Shown piece by piece: positions 9,551 through 19,679 of a DNA stretch of 64,000 nt. Position 1 is the first letter of the stretch. Each line of letters begins with the position of its first letter. The notes beneath the pieces were generated by a model. That model saw nothing but the letters and a program-made list of their open reading frames with translations, did no database searches and was not told the origin of the DNA. The stretch comes from Verrucomicrobiota bacterium. GTDB taxonomy: Bacteria; Verrucomicrobiota; Verrucomicrobiia; Limisphaerales; UBA8199. The DNA is taken from positions 8,027-72,026 of the forward strand of contig JBDHQH010000004.1 of assembly GCA_039806935.1 (NCBI GenBank). Reading direction: 5' to 3'. The position numbers were made by a program, and so were the translations under genes.

Positions 9551-10624
9551 ATGCGCAAAGAATCTCTCGAATTTCTGCGAACTCTGGTGAACACCCCCAG
9601 CCCGGTCGGGCACGAAACCCGCGGCCAGCGTGTCTGGATGGATTACGTGAAGCCGTTTGCCGCGAAAACGTATTCCGACGCGTACGGGAACTGTGTCGCC
9701 GTGCTCAACCCGGGCGGCAGCCCGCGGTTGATGATGTGCGGCCACGCCGACGAGATCGCCATGGCGGTCAACTACATCACGGACGAAGGTTACCTGTACG
9801 TGCGTAAAATGGGCGGGGTGGATGCGGCCATTACCCGGGCGCAACGCGCCATCATTCACACGGAGGCCGGCCCGGTCAAAGCCGTCTTTGGCAACGTGGC
9901 GCCGCACCTGACCTCGAAGGATGACAAGGAGGCCAAGCCTCCGAAAATTCATGATCTGTTTTTGGATATCGGCGTCAGCAGCCGCAAAGAGGCGGAAAAG
10001 CTCGTCAGCATTGGCGATCCCATCACGCTGGCGGATGAATTCGACCTGCTGCGGGGCGATTTGGCGGTGGCCCGGGCGTTTGACAACCGCGTCGGCACCT
10101 TCGCGGTCGCCGAAGCGTTGCGTCTCCTGTCCGGCTCGGCCGGCAAATTGCGGGCGGAGGTCTGCGCGGTCTCCAACGTCCAGGAGGAGGTCGGATTGCT
10201 CGGCGCCCGGCAAATCGCCTACTCGCTGAAACCCGATGTGGCCCTGGTCGTGGACGTCACCCATGCCACCGATTACCCCACGGTGAGCAAACCGCAGCAC
10301 GGCGACGTCCGCCTGGGCGCCGGGCCGACGCTCACCCGGGGCGGTTGCAATCATCCGGTGGTGGTCGAGCGCCTGAAATCCCTCGCCCGGGCGAAGAACA
10401 TTCCTCTCCAACAAGAGGCCATGTCCGCGAGCAGCGGGACGGATACCGATGTGATTTTCTGGACCCGGGGCGGGATTGCCAGCGCTCTGGTCAGCCTGCC
10501 CAACCGCTACATGCATTCGCCGGTGGAACTGATCTCGCTGAAAGATCTCGAGCACATCCCCGAGTTGCTGGCGGCCTTCGCCCTCTCCTTGAAAAAGGGC
10601 GAGGAGTTCAAGGTCGAAATCTAA
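9551..10624 (+). CDS. M42 family metallopeptidase (glutamyl aminopeptidase / FrvX-like)
   Basis: Start at ATG 9551 (MRKESLEFLRTLVNTPSPVGHE). Contains the MMCGHADEIAMAV metal-binding motif. The longer ORF from 9377 begins only 5 nt from the tmRNA 5' end, leaving no promoter room, and its added N-terminus has no M42 counterpart, so it is rejected. Confidence 0.85.
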   Translation: MRKESLEFLRTLVNTPSPVGHETRGQRVWMDYVKPFAAKTYSDAYGNCVAVLNPGGSPRLMMCGHADEIAMAVNYITDEGYLYVRKMGGVDAAITRAQRAIIHTEAGPVKAVFGNVAPHLTSKDDKEAKPPKIHDLFLDIGVSSRKEAEKLVSIGDPITLADEFDLLRGDLAVARAFDNRVGTFAVAEALRLLSGSAGKLRAEVCAVSNVQEEVGLLGARQIAYSLKPDVALVVDVTHATDYPTVSKPQHGDVRLGAGPTLTRGGCNHPVVVERLKSLARAKNIPLQQEAMSASSGTDTDVIFWTRGGIASALVSLPNRYMHSPVELISLKDLEHIPELLAAFALSLKKGEEFKVEI

Positions 10625-10787
10625 GCGCGCCGTCGCGGGATGCCATCCGGGCGGGAAACGATCCGGGAACAGGGCCCGTCGGCGCGGGATTCCGACGCTC
10701 GCGAGCCGGTTGGCCGCGGAGATGCCATGGGCAGAACGGTCTCATCCGGGCATTGGCGGCTCGAAGGTTTGTCGCTAACCTGAAGCC

Positions 10788-13583
10788 ATGCGCTGCCACC
10801 GCGCCACACCTTCATTGTTTGCCGCCTCGAGAAAATTCGCCCAAACGGCCTGGCTGCGCACGGGAATCTGGGCGGTTGCCCTGGCTCTGGCGCCGGGCGC
10901 CGGAGCCGCCCTGCGGCCGGATAACCTGCGGTGCGACTATCAGGCGAACCCGTTGGCGCTCCAATCCGCGAACCCGCGGCTGAGCTGGACTTTAAAATCG
11001 TCAAGCGGTTCCGAGCGGGGTTTGCGGCAGGACGCCTTTCAAATCCTGGCGGCCAGCCGGCCCGAATGGTTGTCGCCCGGAAAGGCCGACCTGTGGGACT
11101 CCGCCCGAACGCCCTCGGCGGAGACCGCCCAGGTCCGTTACGCGGGAAAGCCGCTGCGCGCCAGCCAGCAAGTTTGGTGGACAGTTCGGTGCTGGGACCA
11201 GAAGCGGCGCGTCTCCGAGTGGGCCCGGCCGGCCGCCTGGACCGTGGGGCTGACGGAGGGCGACTGGAACGCCCGGTGGATCCAGGCGCCCGAGTCCGCC
11301 CATCCGCCGGGCGCGCTGCCGCTTTTCCGCCGTGAGTTCAACCTCGCCCGCCCGGTTCGCCGCGCGCTCGTTTACGTGTGTGGTCTCGGCAGTTACGAAC
11401 TGTTGTTGAATGGCCAAAGAGTCGGAGATGCCGAGCTGGATCCCGGCTGGACCGACTATCGCCAGCGCTGTTTATATTCCGCTTACGACATCACCGGGTC
11501 GCTTCGCCCGGGCACGAACGCCCTCGGGGTGATGCTTGGCAATGGCATGTACAACGTCACCGGCGGCCGTTACGCCAAGTTCACGGGATCCTTCGGCCCG
11601 CCCACGCTGGCGCTGCAACTGCGCCTCGAGTTCGCCGACGGAACCGCCGCCGAACTGGGCACGGATCACACCTGGGAAACCAGCGCCGGCCCGATCACCT
11701 TTTCCTGCATCTATGGCGGCGAGGATTACGACGCCCGGCTCGAGCAGCCCGGCTGGGCTGAGCCGGGTTTCGCCGCGGAGGGATGGCGGCCGGCGCTCCC
11801 AGCCGCCGGCCCCGGCGGCCAGCGGGTCGCCCAAAGCGCGCCGCCGGTCAAGGTGATGCGGACGTTTCAACCGGTGGCCGTCACCGAGCCGCGCCCGGGG
11901 ATTTTCGTGTATGACCTGGGGCAAAACTTTGCCGGCCGGCCCGCGCTCTCCGTCCGCGGCCCCGCGGGCGCCACCGTCAAACTGCTGCCGGGCGAATTGC
12001 TGACTCCGGACGGTTTGGTGGACCAAAGCGCCTCGGGGCGGCCGGTGTGGTTTGCCTATACGCTGCGGGGAGGCGGCCTGGAGCGCTGGCATCCGCGCTT
12101 TAGTTACTACGGGTTCCGTTATGTCCAGGTGGAAGGGGCCGCGCCGGACGATCATCGCCCGCCGAATCCCAGCCTGCCCGTGGTACTGCGGCTCGAGGGC
12201 CAGTTTATCCACTCCTCGGCGGCCAAAACCGGCCAGTTCGAATGTTCCAATACGTTGGTAAATCGCATCCACGCCCTGATCCTGGCCGCCATCGACAGCA
12301 ACCTCCAAAGCGTCCTCACCGACTGCCCGCACCGGGAAAAGCTCGGCTGGCTCGAAGTCTCGCACCTGCTCGGCCGGGCCATCATGTTCAATTACGACGT
12401 GGCCGCGCTCTACCGCAAAATCTGCGCGGACATGGCGGATGCGCAGCTCGAGAGCGGATTGGTGCCGAGCATCGCCCCGGAATACACGGTCTTCCAGGGC
12501 GGATTCCGGGATTCGCCGGAGTGGGGCAGCGCCTGCATCCTGAATCCCTGGCTGCTGTTCGAGTTTTATGGCGACGCCACGACCCTCGAGGAAAGCTATG
12601 AGACCATGCGCCGTTACGCCGGGTATCTGGGCTCCCGAAGCAATCAGCGCCTGCTGGCGCATGGCCTGGGGGATTGGTGCGACGTTGGCCCGGCGGCGCC
12701 CGGCGAATCCCAACTCACCACCAAGGGCCTCACCGCCACGGCCATCTACCACGAGGATCTCGTGATCCTGGCCCGGGTGGCCGCCCGGCTCGGCCGGCCA
12801 GCCGAGGCCGAAGCCTGGCGCGCGCTCGCCGCGGAAGTCCGGCAGGCTTTTAACACCAGGTTCTTTCCTGCCGGCGAATCCCAATACGACCGCGGCAGCC
12901 AGACGGCGAACGCGATGCCCCTGGTCCTCGGCCTCACTCCCGCCGCCCGGACGAACGCCGTCCTCGAACGGCTGGCGGCGGCGGTCCGCGCCAATCAAAA
13001 CCGGGTAACGGCAGGCGACGTCGGGTTCCGCTTTCTGGTCGAGGCCCTGCGCGCCGGCGGCCGTTCGGATGTGGTTTTTGACCTGGTGACCCAGCGTTCC
13101 GGGCCGGGTTATGCGAGGCAACTGGAGAAGGGCGCCACGGCGCTGGCGGAGACCTGGGACGCCGGCCGCCAATCCCGCAATCATTGCATGCTCGGCCACG
13201 CCGAAGAATGGTTTTACACCGGATTAGCCGGCATCAATCCGGATGCCGCCGGCCCCGGTTTTCGCCGGTTTGTGCTCGCCCCGCAACCGGTGGGGGATCT
13301 GACCTGGGTGAAAGCGCGCTATGCCTCCATGAGTGGCGACCTCGAGTCCTCCTGGAAAATCGAGGCGGGCCGTTTCCAACTGGAAGCGACGATTCCCCCA
13401 AATACCGCCGCGACGATCTGGATTCCCGCCGGGCGCGTGGACGCGGTCAGGGAGGGGTCGGGGCCGGCGGCCAAAGCCCCCGGGGTGGTCTGGTTGAAGT
13501 CCACCGGCGCCGCCTCGGCGTTTGCGGTCGGCGCCGGCCATTACTCCTTCAGCGCCCCCTGGAGCGCCGGTGTTTCGCCATGA
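10788..13583 (+). CDS. Glycoside hydrolase family 78 alpha-L-rhamnosidase, secreted
   Basis: 931 aa with a signal-like N-terminus. NLRCDYQANPLALQSANPRLSWTL matches the GH78 N-terminal domain signature. Size is typical. Confidence 0.8.
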   Translation: MRCHRATPSLFAASRKFAQTAWLRTGIWAVALALAPGAGAALRPDNLRCDYQANPLALQSANPRLSWTLKSSSGSERGLRQDAFQILAASRPEWLSPGKADLWDSARTPSAETAQVRYAGKPLRASQQVWWTVRCWDQKRRVSEWARPAAWTVGLTEGDWNARWIQAPESAHPPGALPLFRREFNLARPVRRALVYVCGLGSYELLLNGQRVGDAELDPGWTDYRQRCLYSAYDITGSLRPGTNALGVMLGNGMYNVTGGRYAKFTGSFGPPTLALQLRLEFADGTAAELGTDHTWETSAGPITFSCIYGGEDYDARLEQPGWAEPGFAAEGWRPALPAAGPGGQRVAQSAPPVKVMRTFQPVAVTEPRPGIFVYDLGQNFAGRPALSVRGPAGATVKLLPGELLTPDGLVDQSASGRPVWFAYTLRGGGLERWHPRFSYYGFRYVQVEGAAPDDHRPPNPSLPVVLRLEGQFIHSSAAKTGQFECSNTLVNRIHALILAAIDSNLQSVLTDCPHREKLGWLEVSHLLGRAIMFNYDVAALYRKICADMADAQLESGLVPSIAPEYTVFQGGFRDSPEWGSACILNPWLLFEFYGDATTLEESYETMRRYAGYLGSRSNQRLLAHGLGDWCDVGPAAPGESQLTTKGLTATAIYHEDLVILARVAARLGRPAEAEAWRALAAEVRQAFNTRFFPAGESQYDRGSQTANAMPLVLGLTPAARTNAVLERLAAAVRANQNRVTAGDVGFRFLVEALRAGGRSDVVFDLVTQRSGPGYARQLEKGATALAETWDAGRQSRNHCMLGHAEEWFYTGLAGINPDAAGPGFRRFVLAPQPVGDLTWVKARYASMSGDLESSWKIEAGRFQLEATIPPNTAATIWIPAGRVDAVREGSGPAAKAPGVVWLKSTGAASAFAVGAGHYSFSAPWSAGVSP

Positions 13584-13610
13584 ACCGGCGCTTTTCCCGA
13601 ATGCGCCGCG

Positions 13611-14276
13611 TCACTCCAAGCGCACGTCCTCGGGGCGCACCTCGAGGCATTCGTCCTGGTCTTCCCAGATGACCGCCGGATAAAATTCCAGCAGTTGCGG
13701 CGCGAGCGCTCCGCCCAGGCGCCCAAGCAGGGTTTCCGCCTCGAGCGCGGCGCCGTCAAACGCGTGTTCATAATCGCCGCAGCTTTCCCGCCGGGCGTCG
13801 TCCCAGTGCGCCACCGCATGCACCCGCGCGTATTCCCCTGTCCAAGTCACCAACGACTGCCGCGGAGCGGCGGGAATTTCCTCGACGGACGCCAGCGTTC
13901 CGCCGCAATGAGGGCAAGCCAGGCCCGCCTCGCCAACCTCCCGGGTCAGCAACGGCAGCACTGGCGCGCGGCAGCACGGGGCTTCCGCGTAGGCGTGCGG
14001 CATGGTGGCGAGGCGCTGGAGCCAGATCTGCCGGTCATGGGCGGCTTGCGCCGCCAGATGGTAGGCGCCCATCAACGGATGCGAGAACCGCCAGGCCCTG
14101 CCCTCGAGTTGTCCCAGAGTCTGGGCCATCCAGCGCGCCAGCGTCAGATCATCGAAATCGCGGAAAACCGCCTGGTATTCATCCCAAAGTGAACGCAGCG
14201 GCGAGTCCGGATTCATGAAACGAGCGACGCCAAGGCCGGCCAAAACAGTTCTCCCCCGGCCGCGGTTATTTGGCAT
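13611..14276 (-). CDS. Hypothetical protein with a Cys pair (CPHCGG) and an acidic C-terminus
   Basis: 221-aa ORF, or 201 aa if it starts at ATG 14216 (MNPDSPL). No family recognised. It overlaps the stop of the upstream lipoprotein gene by 11 nt if the long start is used. Confidence 0.5.
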   Translation of the reverse strand: MPNNRGRGRTVLAGLGVARFMNPDSPLRSLWDEYQAVFRDFDDLTLARWMAQTLGQLEGRAWRFSHPLMGAYHLAAQAAHDRQIWLQRLATMPHAYAEAPCCRAPVLPLLTREVGEAGLACPHCGGTLASVEEIPAAPRQSLVTWTGEYARVHAVAHWDDARRESCGDYEHAFDGAALEAETLLGRLGGALAPQLLEFYPAVIWEDQDECLEVRPEDVRLE

Positions 14277-14643
14277 CCAGAATCCGCAGCGTGTACTCGG
14301 GAGAGGAGGCGCTGTCCGGCCTGGGTCCGCCCATCGCGTTGTATTGATAGTCGAACTTGTAGCGGTAACGAACGAGGTTCTCTGATGGCGGCACGGGGAT
14401 CAGCCCTTCCCAGCGATTGGTCAGCAAAGATGTGGGGCGCATGGGAATGAATTGCGAATCCACCACAATTTGCGGCCGGATGCTGTCCCAGCGCAGCGCT
14501 TGCTGCCGCGAGGTGAGGGCGACTTCAACCGGGTAAAGATTATTGGGGTTTCGGATCTGCCGTTGCGGGGTCAGATTGGTAAAGGTGCTTTGGCAGCCGG
14601 TCAATAACAGCGCGGCAAACAAAGCCGGCAATGCTCTTCTCAT
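14266..14643 (-). CDS. Hypothetical lipoprotein
   Basis: 125 aa with signal peptide and lipobox (ALFAALLLTGCQS). No family recognised. Confidence 0.6.
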   Translation of the reverse strand: MRRALPALFAALLLTGCQSTFTNLTPQRQIRNPNNLYPVEVALTSRQQALRWDSIRPQIVVDSQFIPMRPTSLLTNRWEGLIPVPPSENLVRYRYKFDYQYNAMGGPRPDSASSPEYTLRILDAK

Positions 14644-14754
14644 AAGATGCGCCAGCGTACAAACCCGCCATGGCTTGTAAAGGGCGGATTTTGCGTTTGA
14701 CCCTCCGCGCGGATCGAGGTTAGTTTATTGGCTCTTTAAATTCGACGATTTACT

Positions 14755-16425
14755 ATGTTCGGGACGATTCGCAAGCATCAGACCTGGCTTTGGGTCGTGA
14801 TTATCACGCTGACGATTATCAGCTTCGTCTGGTTCTTTTCGCCCGGCCAGGGCGGCGGCCAGGGCGGTGGCGGCAGCGGATATTACGGCAGCATCGCCGG
14901 CGACAAAATCAGCGCCTTGGATTTCCGGAACGCCCAGCGCGAGGTGGCGCTGCACCACTTTCTGACGACCGGGCGCTGGCCCGACGAGGATATGCGCAGC
15001 GGCGGCTTTGATCCCGAGCGCGAGACCTACCAATGGCTGCTGCTCGTCCACAAAATCGAGCAGATGAAGGTTCGCGTGGGTCCCGAGGAAGTGGCCCGCA
15101 TCGCCCGCGAGCGCATCCGTCCCTTCGAGCGAATGGGCATCACTTCGCCCGCGATGTTCGTCCAGCAAGTCCTGCGTCCGCACGGCTTGACCCTGGACGA
15201 TTTCGAGCGTTTCGCCCGTCATTCCCTCGGCATCCAGGAGTTGATCAATACCGTCGGCCTGCCCGGAACGTTGGTCACCCCCGCCGAAGCCGACGCGCTC
15301 TACCAGCGCGAGCACCAGCAACTGGCCACCGAGGCCGTGTTCTTCTCGGCCTCGAATTACCTCGCCTCGGTCACGGCCAACCCGGAGGCGGTCGCGCAAT
15401 TTTACTCGAATCGCCTCGCCGCCTACCGCATTCCCGAGCGGCTCCAGCTCACCTACGTCGAGTTTCCCTTCTCCAACTACCTGAGCCAGGCCGAAACCGA
15501 GCTGAGCAAGACCAATCTTTCCGAGGTGGTCGAGGCCAACTACGTCCGTTTGGGAACCAATTATTTCGCCGGCTCGACCCCCGAACAGGCCAAGGCGAAG
15601 ATTCGCGAGCAAATCATCGAGCAAAAAGCCCGAACGCTGGCCCGCGAGCGCGCCAACGAGTTTGCCCGCCCCATTTTTGACATGGAACCAATGCGCGCCG
15701 ACAACCTTGAAAAGCAGGCCCAGGCCGCCGGTTTGGCGGTGCATGTCACCGCCCCCTTTGACCGCGAAAATGGCCCCGAGGAAATTGACGCCGGGCCGGA
15801 CTTCACCAAGGCAGCCTTCCGCCTGAACTCCGAGGAGCCGTTCGCCAGCCCCGCCATGGGCGAGCACGGCATGTTCGTGGTGGCTTACCATCGAACGATA
15901 CCCAGCGAAATTCCCCCGCTGGATCAGATTCGCGCGAAGGTAGCCTCGGATTATCAGCAGACGCAGGCCATCCAAATGGCCCGCCACGCGGCGGATACCT
16001 TCGTCGCCAGCGCAACCAACGCCTTGGCGCAAGGCAAGAGCTTCCCCACCATCGCGGCCGAAGCCAAGGCCGCCGTGACCCAGATTCCACCCCTGGCCAT
16101 CAGCACCCGCGCGGTCCCGGAACTCGAGGAGCAGGTGCAATTGAATCAATACAAGCAGATCGCCTTCAGCACGCAACCCGGCAAACTCAGCCAGGCAACC
16201 CCGATTCCCGAAGGCGCGGTGGCGGTCTATGTAAAGGAGAAGCTGCCGCTCGACCAAGCGGCCATGAAGGCGGACCTGCCCGATTTCCTCACGCGCGTGC
16301 GCCGGGCGCGCCAGGAGGAAGCCTTCAATGCCTGGTTCCGCAAGGAAGCCGAGCGCGCGCTGCGGGACACCCCGTTGAACCGCCCGCCTCCGCCCACCAT
16401 GGGCGCCGGCACTGCCAAATCTTGA
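14755..16425 (+). CDS. PpiD/SurA_N-like periplasmic chaperone (PPIase-family)
   Basis: 556 aa. N-terminus MFGTIRKHQTWLWVVIITLTIISFVWFF is the typical PpiD membrane anchor. I could not point to a clear parvulin motif. Confidence 0.65.
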   Translation: MFGTIRKHQTWLWVVIITLTIISFVWFFSPGQGGGQGGGGSGYYGSIAGDKISALDFRNAQREVALHHFLTTGRWPDEDMRSGGFDPERETYQWLLLVHKIEQMKVRVGPEEVARIARERIRPFERMGITSPAMFVQQVLRPHGLTLDDFERFARHSLGIQELINTVGLPGTLVTPAEADALYQREHQQLATEAVFFSASNYLASVTANPEAVAQFYSNRLAAYRIPERLQLTYVEFPFSNYLSQAETELSKTNLSEVVEANYVRLGTNYFAGSTPEQAKAKIREQIIEQKARTLARERANEFARPIFDMEPMRADNLEKQAQAAGLAVHVTAPFDRENGPEEIDAGPDFTKAAFRLNSEEPFASPAMGEHGMFVVAYHRTIPSEIPPLDQIRAKVASDYQQTQAIQMARHAADTFVASATNALAQGKSFPTIAAEAKAAVTQIPPLAISTRAVPELEEQVQLNQYKQIAFSTQPGKLSQATPIPEGAVAVYVKEKLPLDQAAMKADLPDFLTRVRRARQEEAFNAWFRKEAERALRDTPLNRPPPPTMGAGTAKS

Positions 16426-16463
16426 GGCGCGGCGGCGAAAAAGCGCCGAAGCGGCGGGACGAC

Positions 16464-17258
16464 ATGCTCCCCATCAAGCTCTCCTCGCCCGCCACCCGGG
16501 ATTTCTGGGAGGTCGCCGTCCTCTACGTGGACGAACACCTCCTGGTGGTGGACAAACCGTCCGGCCTCGCGACTGCGCCCAACCCGGTGGATCCCACCCA
16601 GCCAAGTTTGCTCGGCCTGCTCCACGCAGGCATTCGTGAAGGCCGGCCCTGGGCCGTCCAACGCCGCCTCGCCTACCTCGGGAACCCCTACCCTCTGGAT
16701 GCCGGTGTCGGCGGGGTGCTGCCGCTGGCCAGGAGCAAAGAGGTGTTCACCAGCCTGTCCAACCATTTCCACTCGATGGCCCCGGGAAAGCGCTTCCTGG
16801 CCCTCGCGCGCGGGGTTCCGCTGGAGCCCCGCTTCGAGATCGAGGGAAAGCTGGAACCCGACCCGCGCCAGCCGGGCATCGTGCGCGTCAACTCGCGCCG
16901 GGGAAAAAAATCCAAAACGCTCGTCGAGGTCGTCGAAACCTTCAAAGACTACACCCTGCTTCGCTGTGACCCGCTGCCGGGCCGGCCGCAGCAGATACGA
17001 GCGCACCTGCGCTACGCCCGGCTGCCCCTGGTCGGCGATGCGCTCTACGGCGGGCGGCCGTTGCTGCTCTCGCGTTTGAAGCCGGGCTATCGCCTGAAGC
17101 CGGGCCGGCTCGAGCGCCCGCTGCTGGCCGAGCCGGCCTTGCACGCCCGCGAACTGGCGCTGCCCCATCCGGTCACCCGCCAACCGCTCTGCCTTCAGGC
17201 GCCCATCCCCAAATGCCTCGAAGTCGCGCTGCGTTATCTCCGCCGCTACGGAGCTTGA
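16464..17258 (+). CDS. RluA-family pseudouridine synthase
   Basis: HLLVVDKPSGLATAP and CDPLPGRPQQIRAHLRY motifs. ATG at 16464 preferred over the TTG at 16422. The catalytic-Asp motif is divergent (YPLD instead of HRLD). Confidence 0.7.
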   Translation: MLPIKLSSPATRDFWEVAVLYVDEHLLVVDKPSGLATAPNPVDPTQPSLLGLLHAGIREGRPWAVQRRLAYLGNPYPLDAGVGGVLPLARSKEVFTSLSNHFHSMAPGKRFLALARGVPLEPRFEIEGKLEPDPRQPGIVRVNSRRGKKSKTLVEVVETFKDYTLLRCDPLPGRPQQIRAHLRYARLPLVGDALYGGRPLLLSRLKPGYRLKPGRLERPLLAEPALHARELALPHPVTRQPLCLQAPIPKCLEVALRYLRRYGA

Positions 17259-17271
17259 GCCGCCGCGCGAC

Positions 17272-18168
17272 TCAGCCCACCAGCCATTCCAGCACCGCCT
17301 TTTGGGCGTGCAGCCGGTTCTCCGCCTGGTCGAAAATGGTTTGGGCGTGCGCCTCAAAGGTGGCTTCGTCAATTTCGCGGCCGCGATAGGCCGGCAGACA
17401 ATGCATCACCAGCGCATCCGGTTTGGCCGCGCGCGTCGCTTCCCCGTCAATGCGATACGCCGCCATCTTTTTCATCCGGTCGGCCGATTCAGCCTCCTTG
17501 CCCATCGATACCCAGACATCGGTGTAAAGGACATCCGCGCCGCGGGCCGCCCGGGCGACGTCTTCCTCGCAGATCACGCGCCCGCCGGCGCGCCGGAGCA
17601 GCTCCGGCGCGGGTTGAAACTCGCGCGGAGCCGCCAGGCGCAGTTCGAAGCCCAGCCGCGCCGCGGCAAACACCCAGGAGTTCGCGACGTTGCAGGCGCC
17701 ATCGCCGATGAAGGTGATCACCTTCCCCGCCACCGGACCGCGCGCCTCCTGGATGGTGAGGAGATCGGCCAGAATCTGGCAGGGATGCTCCTCGTCGGTC
17801 AGCGCGTTGATTGTCGGGATGCGCGCGTAGCGCGCGAACTCGACGACGTCGCTCTGCCCGTAAGTGCGGAAAATGGCCCCCTGCACCATCCGGCCCAGGA
17901 CGCGGGCGGTGTCTTTCACCGGCTCGCCGCGGCCCATCTGGATTTCGCTGGCTGGCAGGAAGATGGCGTCGCCGCCCAGTTCCCGAATGCCCACCTCGAA
18001 GGAAACCCGGGTGCGCGTCGAGGCCTTGGCGAACAGCAAGGCCCAGACCTGTCCGCGCAGCGGCTGGGCGGCGTGCCGTCCCCGCTCGGCTTTCAGCCGG
18101 GTGGCGCGCTCCAGCAGCCGCTCGATTTCCTCCCGGGAAAGCGCCTCAATACTTAGCAAATGCCTCAT
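17272..18168 (-). CDS. argF: Ornithine carbamoyltransferase
   Basis: STRTRVSFE, HPCQILADL and HCLPAYRGREI motifs. Start at MRHLLSIEAL. Confidence 0.9.
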   Translation of the reverse strand: MRHLLSIEALSREEIERLLERATRLKAERGRHAAQPLRGQVWALLFAKASTRTRVSFEVGIRELGGDAIFLPASEIQMGRGEPVKDTARVLGRMVQGAIFRTYGQSDVVEFARYARIPTINALTDEEHPCQILADLLTIQEARGPVAGKVITFIGDGACNVANSWVFAAARLGFELRLAAPREFQPAPELLRRAGGRVICEEDVARAARGADVLYTDVWVSMGKEAESADRMKKMAAYRIDGEATRAAKPDALVMHCLPAYRGREIDEATFEAHAQTIFDQAENRLHAQKAVLEWLVG

Positions 18169-18198
18169 GAAAAAGTCCTCGGTGATTTTCCTTCCCAC

Positions 18199-19497
18199 TC
18201 AGCGCGCCAGCCGCGCGAACGTCTGCTCCAAAAGACCCAGTCCCTCGTCCGCCTCCGCCCGCGTCAGGTTCAAGGCCGGCAACAGCCGGAGCACCCGCGC
18301 GCCCGCCGGGATGGTTAACAGCCCGGCCTCCTGCAGCAGATTCGCCAGCCGGGCCGAGACGGCCTTCTCCGCGCCTCCGGGAAGAGCGTCGCCCGCTTCG
18401 CCAATCTCGAAGCCGAGCATCAGGCCCAGGCCCCGCACGTTGCCGACCAGCCGGGGAAACTGGCGCGCCAGGTTTTCCAGACCGCTCTTCAACCGACCGC
18501 CGATCTCGCGCGCGTTGTCGTCCAGCTTTTCCCGCCGGATGACCTCCAACACCTTCAAACCCACCGCGCAGGCCAGCGGCGATCCGCCGTAGGTGGCTCC
18601 GTGCGTCCCGGCCGACAGCAGATCGGCGTGCGGCGCGCGAACCCAGAACGCGCCCATGGGAAAGCCCGCCCCGAGCGACTTCGCCATCGATACCGCATCC
18701 GGCAGAAACGTCTCCCCGCCCGGCACACCTTCGAGAATTCGTTGATAGCTCTGAAATCGTCCCGTGCGGAAGTGGCCGCACTGCACCTCGTCCATCAGCA
18801 ACAACAGCTTCTTTTCGTCGCACAGCCGCCGCAAACCGAGCAAATACTCCGGGGTTGCCGGCGTCACCCCGCCCTCGCCCTGAATGCCCTCGATCAGCAC
18901 CGCCGCGGTCGCCGGTGTTAGCGCCGCCGCCACCGCGCTCAGATCATTAAACGGCGTCTGCCGAAATCCCGGCACCCGCGGCTCGAAGCCCTTCCTCACC
19001 TTTTCCTGGCCGGTGGCCGAAATCCCCGCCAGCGTGCGCCCGTGGAACGAGTTGGTGGCAGTGAGAATTTCAAAGCGCCCTTCGTCATGGCCAAATTTGC
19101 GCGCCAGTTTGAACAGCCCCTCGTTGGCCTCCCCGCCGCTATTGCAGAAAAAGCATTTGCCGGGGCCAATGAGCCGGGTGAGTTCTTGCGCCAATCGCCC
19201 CTGCGGTTCGTGATAATAAAAGTTCGAAACGTGAGTCAGCTTCCGCGACTGCTCCGCCAGGGCCTCGATCATCGCCGGATGCGCGTGACCCAGCGAGTTC
19301 ACCGCGATGCCTCCGCCCAGGTCCAGGTAGCGCTTGCCGGACAAATCATACACCTGGCTGCCGACGCCATGGCTCAGCGCCAGATCAAAGCGCCCGTAAC
19401 TGGGCACCACATGCCGCTCAAACAATTCCCGCACCGCGGCCAACTCATCCCGCCCCGCCGCGGACGGCGCTAAAGCTGTCTCTTTCATAGCCCTCAT
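18199..19497 (-). CDS. argD: Acetylornithine aminotransferase (class III PLP aminotransferase)
   Basis: DEVQCGHFRTGRF and SMAKSLGAGFP (PLP lysine) motifs. Lies directly upstream of argF. Confidence 0.85.
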   Translation of the reverse strand: MRAMKETALAPSAAGRDELAAVRELFERHVVPSYGRFDLALSHGVGSQVYDLSGKRYLDLGGGIAVNSLGHAHPAMIEALAEQSRKLTHVSNFYYHEPQGRLAQELTRLIGPGKCFFCNSGGEANEGLFKLARKFGHDEGRFEILTATNSFHGRTLAGISATGQEKVRKGFEPRVPGFRQTPFNDLSAVAAALTPATAAVLIEGIQGEGGVTPATPEYLLGLRRLCDEKKLLLLMDEVQCGHFRTGRFQSYQRILEGVPGGETFLPDAVSMAKSLGAGFPMGAFWVRAPHADLLSAGTHGATYGGSPLACAVGLKVLEVIRREKLDDNAREIGGRLKSGLENLARQFPRLVGNVRGLGLMLGFEIGEAGDALPGGAEKAVSARLANLLQEAGLLTIPAGARVLRLLPALNLTRAEADEGLGLLEQTFARLAR

Positions 19498-19679
19498 CGA
19501 AAAATAAAAAATTACTGTAACGCCTGCCCGCCCGCAGGGAAACGTAATTTCACCGCGTCAGCCAGCCCTAAAAATCACCCCGCCACCGCGGCCCCTTGAA
19601 TCGAGGCGGCGCCCCGCTTGGAGCCGGGTTGAAGGCCTTCGGATTTGGAGACGCTCCGCCCGGCGCGCCGGCGGGACCT

